The notes: a model not told the origin generated them from the letters alone. A DNA stretch of 16,692 nt from Candidatus Altiarchaeales archaeon IMC4 (GCA_001742785.1 MCBF01000001.1:208964-225655), one strand, 5' to 3'. Counted from the first letter of the stretch, positions 1 to 7,800 are shown. Numbers and translations are program-made.

Positions 1-96
1 TCTGTCATGTTCATTAAGCCATTGATAACTCTAACCAGCCGGCCACAGGCATTTATTAGTGTATCCAACCTAATAAATGTTAGGGTTGGTAGTTAC
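1..96 (-). mobile_element. Left end (IRL) of an IS66-family element running out of the window
   Basis: Minus strand from 96 reads GTAACTACCAACCCTAAC. The first 14 nt are identical to GTAACTACCAACCC at 16531, which ends an IS66 transposase. GTAA termini are typical of IS66. A possible transposase start (ATG AAC ATG ACA) lies at 14-1. Confidence 0.7.
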
Positions 97-112
97 GTTT
101 TTTCATTTTAAT

Positions 113-1045
113 CTATAATTTTTTCATCCAATCATCCAATCTTTTAATCCCTTCTTCAAGACTTACTTTCGGTTCCCATCCAAGCAACTTCTTTGCCTTT
201 GAATAATCACAGAGCAGTTTCGGAATTTCGCTCTGAGGGTGATGATGGGGCACATGCTTTATCTTATTTTTATCTTTTGCGATTAACATAGCAAGGTCAT
301 TTATGGAGATATCTTTTCCGCATCCTGCATTGATAACTTCTCCAACCGCTTTTTCTGAAAACGCCGCTTTAACTATGAAATCCGCACAATCCTCAACATA
401 CAACAAATCCCTTGTTTGTGTTCCGTCACCGAAGATATTAAGGGTTTCTCCTTCAAGATTTCTTTTGACAAATATTGAAACTACGCCTCCTTCCATATTG
501 CTTTTCTGGAATGGGCCATAGGTATTGAAAGGTCGCACGATAACAACAGGCAACCCTAAACCGTAATAGTAAGATTCTGCTAACGCTTCAGCCGCAACCT
601 TTGAACCTGCATAAGGCGATGCAGGCTTAATTTTATGCTCTTCGGTTATTGTACCCCCTCTTGATAAGTCATAAACCATGCAGGTTCCAAGTAAAACAAC
701 TTTTGTTCTATACTTTAATGCTTCAGTTAAAATATTGTAGGATCCGATAACGTTAACCTCAAAATCTTTCTGAGGGTTATCAAGGCTTTCCTGAACGTTG
801 ATTTGCGCTGCCGCATGAATGCAGACGTCAAATTTATTTTTAAATAAATCTGAAATTAAATCTTTATTCCTTATATCTCCCTTAACAAATTCCTTAAAAT
901 TTGGATTATCTTTAAATTCTCGTATATTCTCTTCACGCCCGTTTGATAAGTCATCAACTACCCAAACATTATGCTTTTCATCAAGCAATTTTTTAACGAC
1001 CCATCTTCCTATGAATCCTGCCCCTCCGGTGACTAAGATTTTCAT
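113..1045 (-). CDS. NAD-dependent NDP-sugar epimerase/dehydratase (extended SDR, GalE/RmlB-like)
   Basis: N-terminal MKILVTGGAGFIG Rossmann motif, HAAA, YxxxK (YAGSK), RPFNTYGP, GDGTQTRD and C-terminal LGWEPKVSLEEG. Confidence 0.93.
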   Translation of the reverse strand: MKILVTGGAGFIGRWVVKKLLDEKHNVWVVDDLSNGREENIREFKDNPNFKEFVKGDIRNKDLISDLFKNKFDVCIHAAAQINVQESLDNPQKDFEVNVIGSYNILTEALKYRTKVVLLGTCMVYDLSRGGTITEEHKIKPASPYAGSKVAAEALAESYYYGLGLPVVIVRPFNTYGPFQKSNMEGGVVSIFVKRNLEGETLNIFGDGTQTRDLLYVEDCADFIVKAAFSEKAVGEVINAGCGKDISINDLAMLIAKDKNKIKHVPHHHPQSEIPKLLCDYSKAKKLLGWEPKVSLEEGIKRLDDWMKKL

Positions 1046-1149
1046 CGTGGTTATTATTAATAAGGTGATTGCTCAAAATCAGCACCAAATCATCCATAAA
1101 TTATCTCGAATGTCTCCTTAAATATATCAGAGTTTCGGTGATTGAACCG

Positions 1150-1201
1150 ATTTTGAAATTGACATACAATTTCAAAGCCATGTGAATCTTCGATTCACAA
1201 T
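1150..1201. repeat. Double-hairpin insert D (~52 bp) in the IS1595 transposase
   Basis: TTTGAAATTG-acata-CAATTTCAAA (1152-1176) and TGTGAATC-ttc-GATTCACA (1181-1199). Removing 1150-1201 restores EIEF|RFNHR. Confidence 0.85.
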
Positions 1202-1386
1202 GAACTCAATTTCCTTTAAGTAAAGTGTATAATTATCGCGGTTTATCCCGTGATATTTGTGAAATCTCTTTTTGCATAGCTCCAAAAACCTTCCAAACCG
1301 TTGATGTTATTTCGACCGCATGCGAAGGTTTTTTGGTGGTTCACACGTTTGTGTTTTCCGAATTGCTTTAGCGATCTGTAAATACT

Positions 1387-1442
1387 CAAAATCACATAGT
1401 GATTTTGGTACACCAAAATTTGTTTTCACGAATTTTGCGTGT
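1387..1442. repeat. Double-hairpin insert C (~56 bp) in the IS1595 transposase
   Basis: CAAAATCAC-ata-GTGATTTTG (1387-1407) and ACAC-CAAAATT...AATTTTG-c-GTGT (1410-1442). Removal restores the frame YTDCFK|SIYRSLK. Confidence 0.85.
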
Positions 1443-1567
1443 CTTGAAACAATCGGTGTAAAAGACGGATCCTTTTTCGGTTTTGTCTTCGATTTCACTC
1501 ATCAAAGTCTTTGCCGAAACGTCTGGGACGACCTTAGTGTAAACTTCGCCATCACGCTCCAGTATGC

Positions 1568-1617
1568 GAGCGACTTTGTCGCTGCACGCCGGAACTGCTT
1601 GCAGTTCCTCGTGCCCA
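1568..1617. repeat. Double-hairpin insert B (~49-50 bp) in the IS1595 transposase
   Basis: AGCGAC-ttt-GTCGCT (1569-1583) and GCACG-cc-GGAACTGC-tt-GCAGTTCC-t-CGTGC (1584-1614). It sits inside the conserved KAIVF|GILER motif; boundaries are uncertain by 1-2 nt. Confidence 0.85.
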
Positions 1618-1827
1618 GAAAACTATGGCTTTGTTGAAAGCTCCACGGCCACGTTTTCCCTTGCGGACGCCGCCAAAATATGTTTCATCGAGCTCTAATT
1701 CGCCGGACAGTTTTTCGAAGTTTTTGTCCGAATATTCGGAGATTTTCCGCCGGAAAAACATAAACTTTTGATGAGTAGTGTTGTAACTCAAACCGAGTTC
1801 CTTCGCCGTCTTTCTTGCTGAAAGTTC

Positions 1828-1883
1828 ATAAGCATTTGCAATTCTATCGCAAATGGTATCCCGTTAATCTTCGATTAACGAGG
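1828..1883. repeat. Double-hairpin insert A (~56 bp) in the IS1595 transposase
   Basis: CATTTGC-a-AT-tct-AT-c-GCAAATG (1833-1855) and CC-CGTTAATC-ttc-GATTAACG-a-GG (1860-1883). Removal joins ILHLFCL|ELSARKTAKELG in frame. Confidence 0.8.
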
Positions 1884-2115
1884 AAGGCAGAAAAGGTGCA
1901 GAATACCTACGTCCTGTCTGAGTTTCCGGACACTGTAGAAACGGTCACATTTTCTACATTTGACTCGCCCGTCGGCGAGTCTGTAAAGGTTCCAGCTACC
2001 GCAGAAAATACACTTTCTGCCCTCCAAAAAACTTTACGGTAAACTTTTTTGTCATTTGCACCAGTTATATACATCGATTCCTATGAATAACTGGTGCGGA
2101 AATTAAGCAATCACC

Positions 2116-2483
2116 TAAATTTATTTGTTCCGATCTTCTCGATGATGATGCTTTATGCCTTTCTGGCAATTACCAAGGATTTCAAGGACATTGAAGGCGA
2201 TAAAAAACATAAAAAGCACACATTTGTCATACGTGTGGGGCATGAGTGGGCAATACAAGTAGCATTGGTAGGTACGCTTATTTTCTATCCACTAACTATG
2301 TATTTTTTCTACAATATTTTCGATAAGATAAGTATGGTTGTTTTGATGTCCCTCACGTTTATAGCAAGTCTCTATGAAATAGGGTTGGCGGTGGAAAATG
2401 GAGAACGAGTATTCACTAGGATTCGTATATTCTTTCTATCCCTTATAATAATTCTGATAGTTTACTCAACAGGTTGGATATGA
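2116..2483 (+). pseudogene. C-terminal fragment of a UbiA-superfamily prenyltransferase, truncated at the IS1595 end
   Basis: KDFKDIEGDKKHKKHTF matches the second Asp-rich UbiA motif (KDxxDxxGD...T) and is followed by transmembrane helices. The first Asp-rich motif and the N-terminal half are absent, and the ORF start (2094) lies inside the IS inverted repeat. Confidence 0.75.
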
Positions 2484-2565
2484 AATTCCGATTCTAACGG
2501 TTTTTATATCCCATTCTCAACACCAACCATTTATTTTACCATCTGCATATATTATAATCCCGACA

Positions 2566-2775
2566 ATGGAATCCAAACTCCTGAGATTGCGCGAGTTACT
2601 GACAAAACTGAACGATGGGCATGCAGAGATAGACGCGTGCATGATCGCGAAGAAGAATCTTGAAGGCGTCCTCATTATACCCGAAACATTCAAGAGAGAC
2701 ATCGCCCCGATATGGGAAATCCTTGAGCAGGCATTAAACGACGAACTTGACGTGGTGGCGAAGTACAGTAGATAA
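2566..2775 (+). CDS. Small hypothetical protein (69 aa)
   Basis: ATG start preceded by AT-rich TATATTATAA, helical-looking composition, fills the gap before the convergent map gene. No recognisable family. Confidence 0.5.
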   Translation: MESKLLRLRELLTKLNDGHAEIDACMIAKKNLEGVLIIPETFKRDIAPIWEILEQALNDELDVVAKYSR

Positions 2776-2821
2776 ACTGGAAAGATATAAATGCTGTGTA
2801 AAATTGCCAATCGTGCAGTAC

Positions 2822-3706
2822 TTAACGTGTCGTAACCACGCACCCGTCTTTAGTTACCATCACCGTGTGCTCGAACTGGGAAACCGTGCCCTCCTCTTTT
2901 TCGTGCAGCACCGGGTGCGCCTTCAGCGCACCCCTTGAAAGAATGTCCTGAATTGCGAGGGTGAGTTTCAGAGGGTTTATCCTTTTCGCATACCAGTGGG
3001 CGGCAAACGGGAGCCCGTGCCTTTCCTGAAGCAGGTTTATCAGGGTTCTGGATTCCGGGATCCTCGACGGCTTGCCCGCAATTAGCGAAAAAATCTCGGC
3101 GTGCTTGCCTTCCACTATCCTGCCTGCGCCGTCGGTTGCAAACGGCTCTATCGCAATGACCATGCCCTCCTTTATTCTCCGGTCGTAGGGTACCGGGACG
3201 TTCGGGATGGAAAGCCCTGCGTGAAGCTCATACTGCTTGACCTCGTGGCCAGTGAGGTTTTCTATCGGCCTGAATCCCGCCCCCGTTATGGTTTCCTGGA
3301 CAGCGCGCCCGATTTCGCAGACGGAAACCCCCGGCTTTACGAGGGATATCGCCCTCGAAAGCGCCGCCTCGTTTGCTTTTAGCATCTTCTTGTACTCGCC
3401 CGAAAGGTCGACGGTATAAGCGGTATCGGCTATGAATCCGTCGACATGAACGCCGAGGTCTATTGAAACCACGCCGCCGATCTCCGTTTTATCGTTGAGC
3501 TTCGGGGCGTAGTGGGCCGCAACGTCGCCTATGCAGACGTTGGTCGGGAAGGCAATATGCGCGCCAAGCTCCAGTATGCGCGCCTCGATCTTGTCGGCCA
3601 CATCGATGGCTGGCGCCCCTTCCTTGATAAGCCCCATGCTCCATTGACGGACATCCGAGGCGATTTTGCCCGCCTTCATGTATTTTTCTATTTCATCGGG
3701 TTCCAT
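2822..3706 (-). CDS. map: Type II methionine aminopeptidase
   Basis: AFPTN, AAHY, DLGVHVDGFIADTA, NLTGH, AIEPFAT and SQFEHT motifs, plus the type II helical insertion. Confidence 0.96.
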   Translation of the reverse strand: MEPDEIEKYMKAGKIASDVRQWSMGLIKEGAPAIDVADKIEARILELGAHIAFPTNVCIGDVAAHYAPKLNDKTEIGGVVSIDLGVHVDGFIADTAYTVDLSGEYKKMLKANEAALSRAISLVKPGVSVCEIGRAVQETITGAGFRPIENLTGHEVKQYELHAGLSIPNVPVPYDRRIKEGMVIAIEPFATDGAGRIVEGKHAEIFSLIAGKPSRIPESRTLINLLQERHGLPFAAHWYAKRINPLKLTLAIQDILSRGALKAHPVLHEKEEGTVSQFEHTVMVTKDGCVVTTR

Positions 3707-3730
3707 TTCAGTAAGTTATTTCCTTTATGA

Positions 3731-3738
3731 TTTTATAA
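3731..3738. promoter_or_regulatory. Putative archaeal TATA box (possibly used in both directions, for map and the tRNA-Ile region)
   Basis: TTTTATAA lies about 25-30 nt from the map ATG (3706) and about 32 nt before the upstream tRNA 5'-end copy (3770). Confidence 0.45.
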
Positions 3739-3768
3739 CTCCAATTCAAATAAATTACTCTCCTTTCA

Positions 3769-3785
3769 TGGGAGCCCGTGGCTCA
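3769..3785 (+). repeat. Duplicated 5' end of tRNA-Ile
   Basis: TGGGAGCCCGTGGCTCA versus TGGGGGCCCGTGGCTCA at 3863-3879 (16/17 identical), 94 bp apart. Confidence 0.8.
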
Positions 3786-3865
3786 CAGCCTTTTAAGAAA
3801 AGGCTGGCGAAAACAGGTGCTATCTTCGCTAACGCTCGATGACACCGCCGCGGTACTTACGTTGG

Positions 3866-3940
3866 GGGCCCGTGGCTCAGCTTGGTTAGCGCGCTCGACT
3901 GATAATCGAGAGGTCCGGAGTTCAAATCTCCGCGGGCCCA
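3866..3940 (+). tRNA. tRNA-Ile (anticodon GAT), intronless, CCA not encoded
   Basis: Acceptor stem GGGCCCG/CGGGCCC plus discriminator A, anticodon arm CTCGA-CTGATAA-TCGAG, T arm CGGAG-TTCAAAT-CTCCG. One D-stem mismatch (T12.C23). Confidence 0.95.
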
Positions 3941-4158
3941 ATTTCGGTACAAGCGTTTGTACTGTGGCACAAACGACAAGCGTTTGCCAACGGCACAAGC
4001 GTTTGCCTCGTTAGGCAAACGACAAGCAGTTGTGCTGTGGCACAACCGGTGTCCCGAAATTGCACGGCAATTTCGCGGATTCGGTCTTCGGAAGACGGAA
4101 GTGTCGTCGAGCCAAAAGGCGAAGACGGCACCATTGTCCTCGGCAATTTCCGAGGTTC
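3941..4158. repeat. Array of about eight consecutive hairpins with ACAAGCGTTTG-type repeats
   Basis: Stems at 3954-3975, 3985-3995, 4000-4021, 4029-4046, 4055-4075, 4080-4100, 4101-4131 and 4138-4155. ACAAGCGTTTG occurs at 3949, 3976 and 3995, and ACAAGCAGTTG at 4022. Confidence 0.85.
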
Positions 4159-4177
4159 CAAATCTCCACGGGCCCAA
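4159..4177 (+). repeat. Duplicated 3' end of tRNA-Ile (att-like)
   Basis: CAAATCTCCACGGGCCCAA versus CAAATCTCCGCGGGCCCAA at 3923-3941 (18/19 identical), 236 bp apart. Confidence 0.85.
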
Positions 4178-4202
4178 ATAGTATAATTTATTGGCAGCAA
4201 AA

Positions 4203-4847
4203 ATGAGAGTACTGGTAACCTTGGGGCCGACGCAGGAGCCGATCGACCCCGTGCGGTACATCTCGAACCGAAGCTCCGGCAGGATGGGGGCGGCACTGGC
4301 GCGGGAGGGGCTAAAACGGGGGCACGAGATAACGATAATTTCCGGCCCGGTGAATATCCCGCTGCCTGAGGGCGCAAGGATTCATCGCGTCACCACATCC
4401 GGCCAGATGATAAAAACAACACTTTCCGAACTCGAAAAAGGTTACGACGTGATGATTTCAGCCGCCGCGATATCCGACTATAGCGTTGATTACAAAGAAA
4501 AAAAGATAGACTCCGGCAGGGAACTTTCGCTGAAGCTTAAGCCGCAGGTAAAATTAACGAAACACGCAAAGGAACTTTACCCGAAAACCTTGGTCGTCGC
4601 GTTCAAGGCAGAAACAAATGCGAAAGGAGATGAATTGGTAAAAAAGGCAAGAAAAAAAATTCATGACGAGGGGGTTGACCTTGTTGTGGCAAACGACGTT
4701 TCGGGCAGGGTTTTTGGCAGCGGCGAGAACGAGGTCTACATAGTGAACGGCGGCGTTCTTCATGTCCCAAGAGCCAGCAAGGCCCTCGTTTCAGAAAAAA
4801 TCTGGGATGCCGTGGAATCTAAAATCCAGATACTCCTACTTCGCTGA
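4203..4847 (+). CDS. coaB: Phosphopantothenate--cysteine ligase (stand-alone CoaB domain)
   Basis: VLVTLGPTQEPIDPVRYISNRSSGRMG, SAAAISDY, KIDS, VAFKAET and DLVVAND motifs. The ATG at 4203 is preferred over the TTG at 4191. Confidence 0.9.
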   Translation: MRVLVTLGPTQEPIDPVRYISNRSSGRMGAALAREGLKRGHEITIISGPVNIPLPEGARIHRVTTSGQMIKTTLSELEKGYDVMISAAAISDYSVDYKEKKIDSGRELSLKLKPQVKLTKHAKELYPKTLVVAFKAETNAKGDELVKKARKKIHDEGVDLVVANDVSGRVFGSGENEVYIVNGGVLHVPRASKALVSEKIWDAVESKIQILLLR

Positions 4848-7800
4848 TTTCTTCTTTGAAAAGTCAAGGTGTTTGCACTCCTTCCCCAGTAGCGCTATCT
4901 GCTGCTGTTCCAGAACGCCGGGGTTGAACGGAACGATAAGCCTTGATTTGCTCGGCGCTATCGAATCGTTCAACGACTGTACAAGTTTCAGGACGTCGTC
5001 AAAACTGTTCTGCGTGATCAGGTACTCAAGGCCCTCGAGAAGGACAACGCTTTTGCTCCCCTTGCCTATGAATTCCCGGATCGTGTGGGCAAGCGATATA
5101 AGGTCCGTCGGGTCGACGCGCTCCGCGTAGTCCTTTGAGCGGCTGAGCCATATTATGGGGGTTTTTATATCGTATCTCTCGCGCATCTTGTCAGGGTGCG
5201 TCCTTGTTATGCACAATCCCTCAAGCCCTATTGAGACAAGGTCCGTGAACAGCGCTATGCTATCCTGCCCTGTTTCGTCGGTTGCGAGGTATATCACGCC
5301 CGATTCGAGCTCGCTGCCGATCGCCTCTTTCTTATGCTCGAATAGCCTGTTCTTCATGCCCACCGCCTCCTGCTCTATGCCGATAAGCTGCTTCTGGTAG
5401 TCGCGGACTATCTCCCTGAAGCTTTCCTCGTCAAGCTCGCGCTTGTGGTATTTGTACTTTGAGCGCTCTATGGATTCCATGATGCTTCGCCGTTTGTCTT
5501 CTGTCTCCGCAAGGTGCTTTTTCAGTATATCCGTCTCGTCGGGCGGGGCGTACGTTCGTTCTTCCTCTGCGACACGCGATTTTTCCCGTTTTACAATCTC
5601 CCTTATGTCGTCTTTTGAGTACTCGCTCCTGGCTTCGATCTCGATGATCATGTCGAACAGGTCCTTGTAGATCTCCTTTTCCCCGCTCTCTTTGAGCTGC
5701 TTTTGCGCCATCTTCGCCCAAGGTATGAGCGAGGACTTCTGTCTCTTCACTGCGTTCAGGAGATCGTCCGTCGTTATCTTTTTCCTTTCCTGCCCCCGGA
5801 CCGCCTGCTCCCAAGGTATGTCGGCCGCCGCCCTGCATATCTCCTTCATGTCCGATCCTGAATAGCCCTCCGTTGCGTCGGCAACCCTCTCAATGTCGGC
5901 ATCATCGTCAAGCGGCATGTGTTTTGTGTGTATCTTCAGTATGCTGTACCTTGCCTTTAAGTCTGGCGGGGGCACGAGTATCTGCTGTGTGAACCTACCG
6001 CTTCTTCTAAGGGCAGGGTCTAAGCCCCACGGCTCGTTTGTTGCGGCCATAACCACTACGCCAGCCCTGCACTTGAACCCGTCAAGTTCGACAAGGAGTT
6101 GATTCGTAATCCTCCTGCTTTCGTCTTCTTTTACCGACTCCCTTCTTCCGCCCAATGCGTCAATCTCGTCGAAGAATATGATCGCGGGTGCGTTTTTACT
6201 TGCGCGCTCGAATATCTCCTTTATCTTTCTCTCGCTTTCCCCGGGCTCGCCCGACAGGATATCCGTCGCCCCCACATTAAAGAACGACGCGTCGCACTCC
6301 CCTGCCGTCGCCTGTGCCATATAAGTCTTGCCGCAGCCGGGGGGGCCGTAAAGGAGTATCCCGCCGCCGACCGTCCGGTAGTACTCTCTTGCCAGTTCTG
6401 GATACTTCATCGGGTAGACGACAAGCCTCTTTATCTCCTCTTTCACCTCCTTCAAACCGCCGATGTCCGAGAAGGATATCTTGGGTTTTTCCACCGGGTC
6501 AACGCCGGCCCCGTATTTGGCTATGTCCCGGCCGAAATCTTTGTAGAGGTCAGACTCCCCGCTTTTTAGTATCTCCTTTTCCGCTAATTTGAACCACGCA
6601 ATAAGCGATGACTGCTGCTTTGTTATCGCCTTTGTGAAATCCTGATTCGTTATCTTCCGTCCTGTGCCGTCTTTTATCGCCTCCTTCCAGGGAATCCTTG
6701 CGGCCTCGTCGCATATCTCTTTTATGTCGGAGCATGAATACCCCTCGGCCAGTTCGGCAAGTTTCTTGAAATCTATGCCCTCCTCTATCGGCTCCTTTTT
6801 TGTGTATTCTATGAAGAGCTTCTCGCGCATTTCGGTATTCGGCGGCGGCACGAATATCTGCTTCGAGAACCTTTTGCTTCTCTTGAGCGCAGGGTCGATG
6901 CTCCATGGAGAGTTCGTAGCCGCGATTATCAGCACGTTTTCGCTCATCGTTTCAACCCCGTCCATCTCGGTCAGGAACTGGTCTACCCCCCTCCGCTCCT
7001 TCCCCGTCTGCTCCGAGCCGCGCCTGCCTCCTATTGCCTCTATCTCATCGAAGAATATGATCGACGGCGAACTCTTGCATGCCTTTTCAAATATCGAATG
7101 CAGGGCAACCGTTGCGGATTCTCCCCCTTGGCTGAATATGTCGCTCAGGTTGACGTTGAAGAACGAGACCCCGCACTCCCCGATCGTCGCCTTTGCGATA
7201 AACGTCTTTCCGCACCCCGGGGGGCCGTAAAGGAGTATCCCGCCGCCCCCTTTCTTGCCGAACTGCTTTGCTAAATCCGGCCGCATTATCGGGTAGATTA
7301 TGTCGTCGCGTATCTCGTCCTTGACGTTTTCAAGGTTTACGACATCCGAGAAATTGATTGTCGAGCGCTCTACCGGGACGCCTTCGTCACCCATTCCGGT
7401 GCCAAGGGATACCGGCCTGAGTTTCTCGCCGGTTTTATAGATTGCGTTTTTCTGCCCTTTCCTGACCAGCGGGAACTGAAGTTCCGACTTTCTGCCTTCG
7501 TATTTTGTGGTTGAGTACGTGTATTGGATAAACGGCAGGTAGACAAGCGCCTCGAGCTTTACCTCGCCCATGAAAAATTCGCTGATGACCTTGCTTACCT
7601 CGTCTATCGGGTAGTGTATCGGGTGTTTTTTGTAGTCGTCCATGATCGTATCCTTTGCCTCGAAATATGCGGCAAGGTCGAACTTCGGGTCGCCAAATCT
7701 GGGGAACTCGAACGCCACCTTTACGTGTTTTTTAACCTCGTAGGGCGGGCGTTTCGGGTCGGGGTTCAATTCGTTTTCTATCGCGTTTGCTATGTCTTTG

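Larger units (their letters stand above)
1090..2074 (-). pseudogene. IS1595 (ISXO2-like DDE) transposase, disrupted by four hairpin inserts and two 1-nt frameshifts
   Basis: Hand reconstruction: MYITGANDKKVYRKVFW /fs ~2025/ GRKCIFCGSWNLYRLADGRVKCRKCDRFYSVRKLRQDVGILHLFCL [insert] ELSARKTAKELGLSYNTTHQKFMFFRRKISEYSDKNFEKLSGELELDETYFGGVRKGKRGRGAFNKAIVF [insert] (G)ILERDGEVYTKVVPDVSAKTLMSEIEDKTEKGSVFYTDCFK [insert] SIYRSLKQFGKHKRVNHQKTFACGRNNINGLEGFWSYAK /fs ~1270/ RFHKYHGINRDNYTLYLKEIEF [insert] RFNHRNSDIFKETFEIIYG*. Zn ribbon, HTH, DETY, YTD, VNH, INGLEGFWS and YLKExEFRFN motifs are present. Confidence 0.9.
1064..2115 (-). mobile_element. IS1595-family insertion sequence (inactivated)
   Basis: Imperfect terminal inverted repeats: GGTGATTGCTCAAAATCAGCACC (1064-1086) versus the reverse complement of 2093-2115, GGTGATTGCTTAATTTCCGCACC (19/23 identical). 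They enclose transposase fragments. No matching target-site duplication was seen. Confidence 0.88.

Noticed and set aside
1307..2042. ORF-track entries 1307-1498, 1320-1637, 1552-1791 and 1815-2042 as independent genes
   Set aside because: They are pieces or antisense shadows of the disrupted IS1595 transposase, partly reading through the inserts.
1886..2051. Further hairpins (1934-1958, 1962-1981, 2001-2020, 2025-2051) as additional inserts
   Set aside because: They lie within the transposase N-terminal and CxxC...CxxC zinc-ribbon coding sequence, so nothing needs removing. Their density is notable but they are not insertions.
3949..4046. CRISPR array from the ACAAGCGTTTG repeats
   Set aside because: Repeats are only 11 nt with periods of 19-27 nt, the intervening parts are self-complementary, and no cas genes are present.
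3769..4177. Split or intron-containing tRNA formed from the outer fragments
   Set aside because: The outer copies supply only ~16 and ~19 nt, with no D-loop, anticodon arm or full T stem, and I saw no bulge-helix-bulge junction.
3778..4377. ORFs overlapping tRNA-Ile (3778-4014, 3783-3998, 3857-4261, 3922-4377, 3957-4181)
   Set aside because: They overlap a clear tRNA and palindromic repeats and show no protein motifs.
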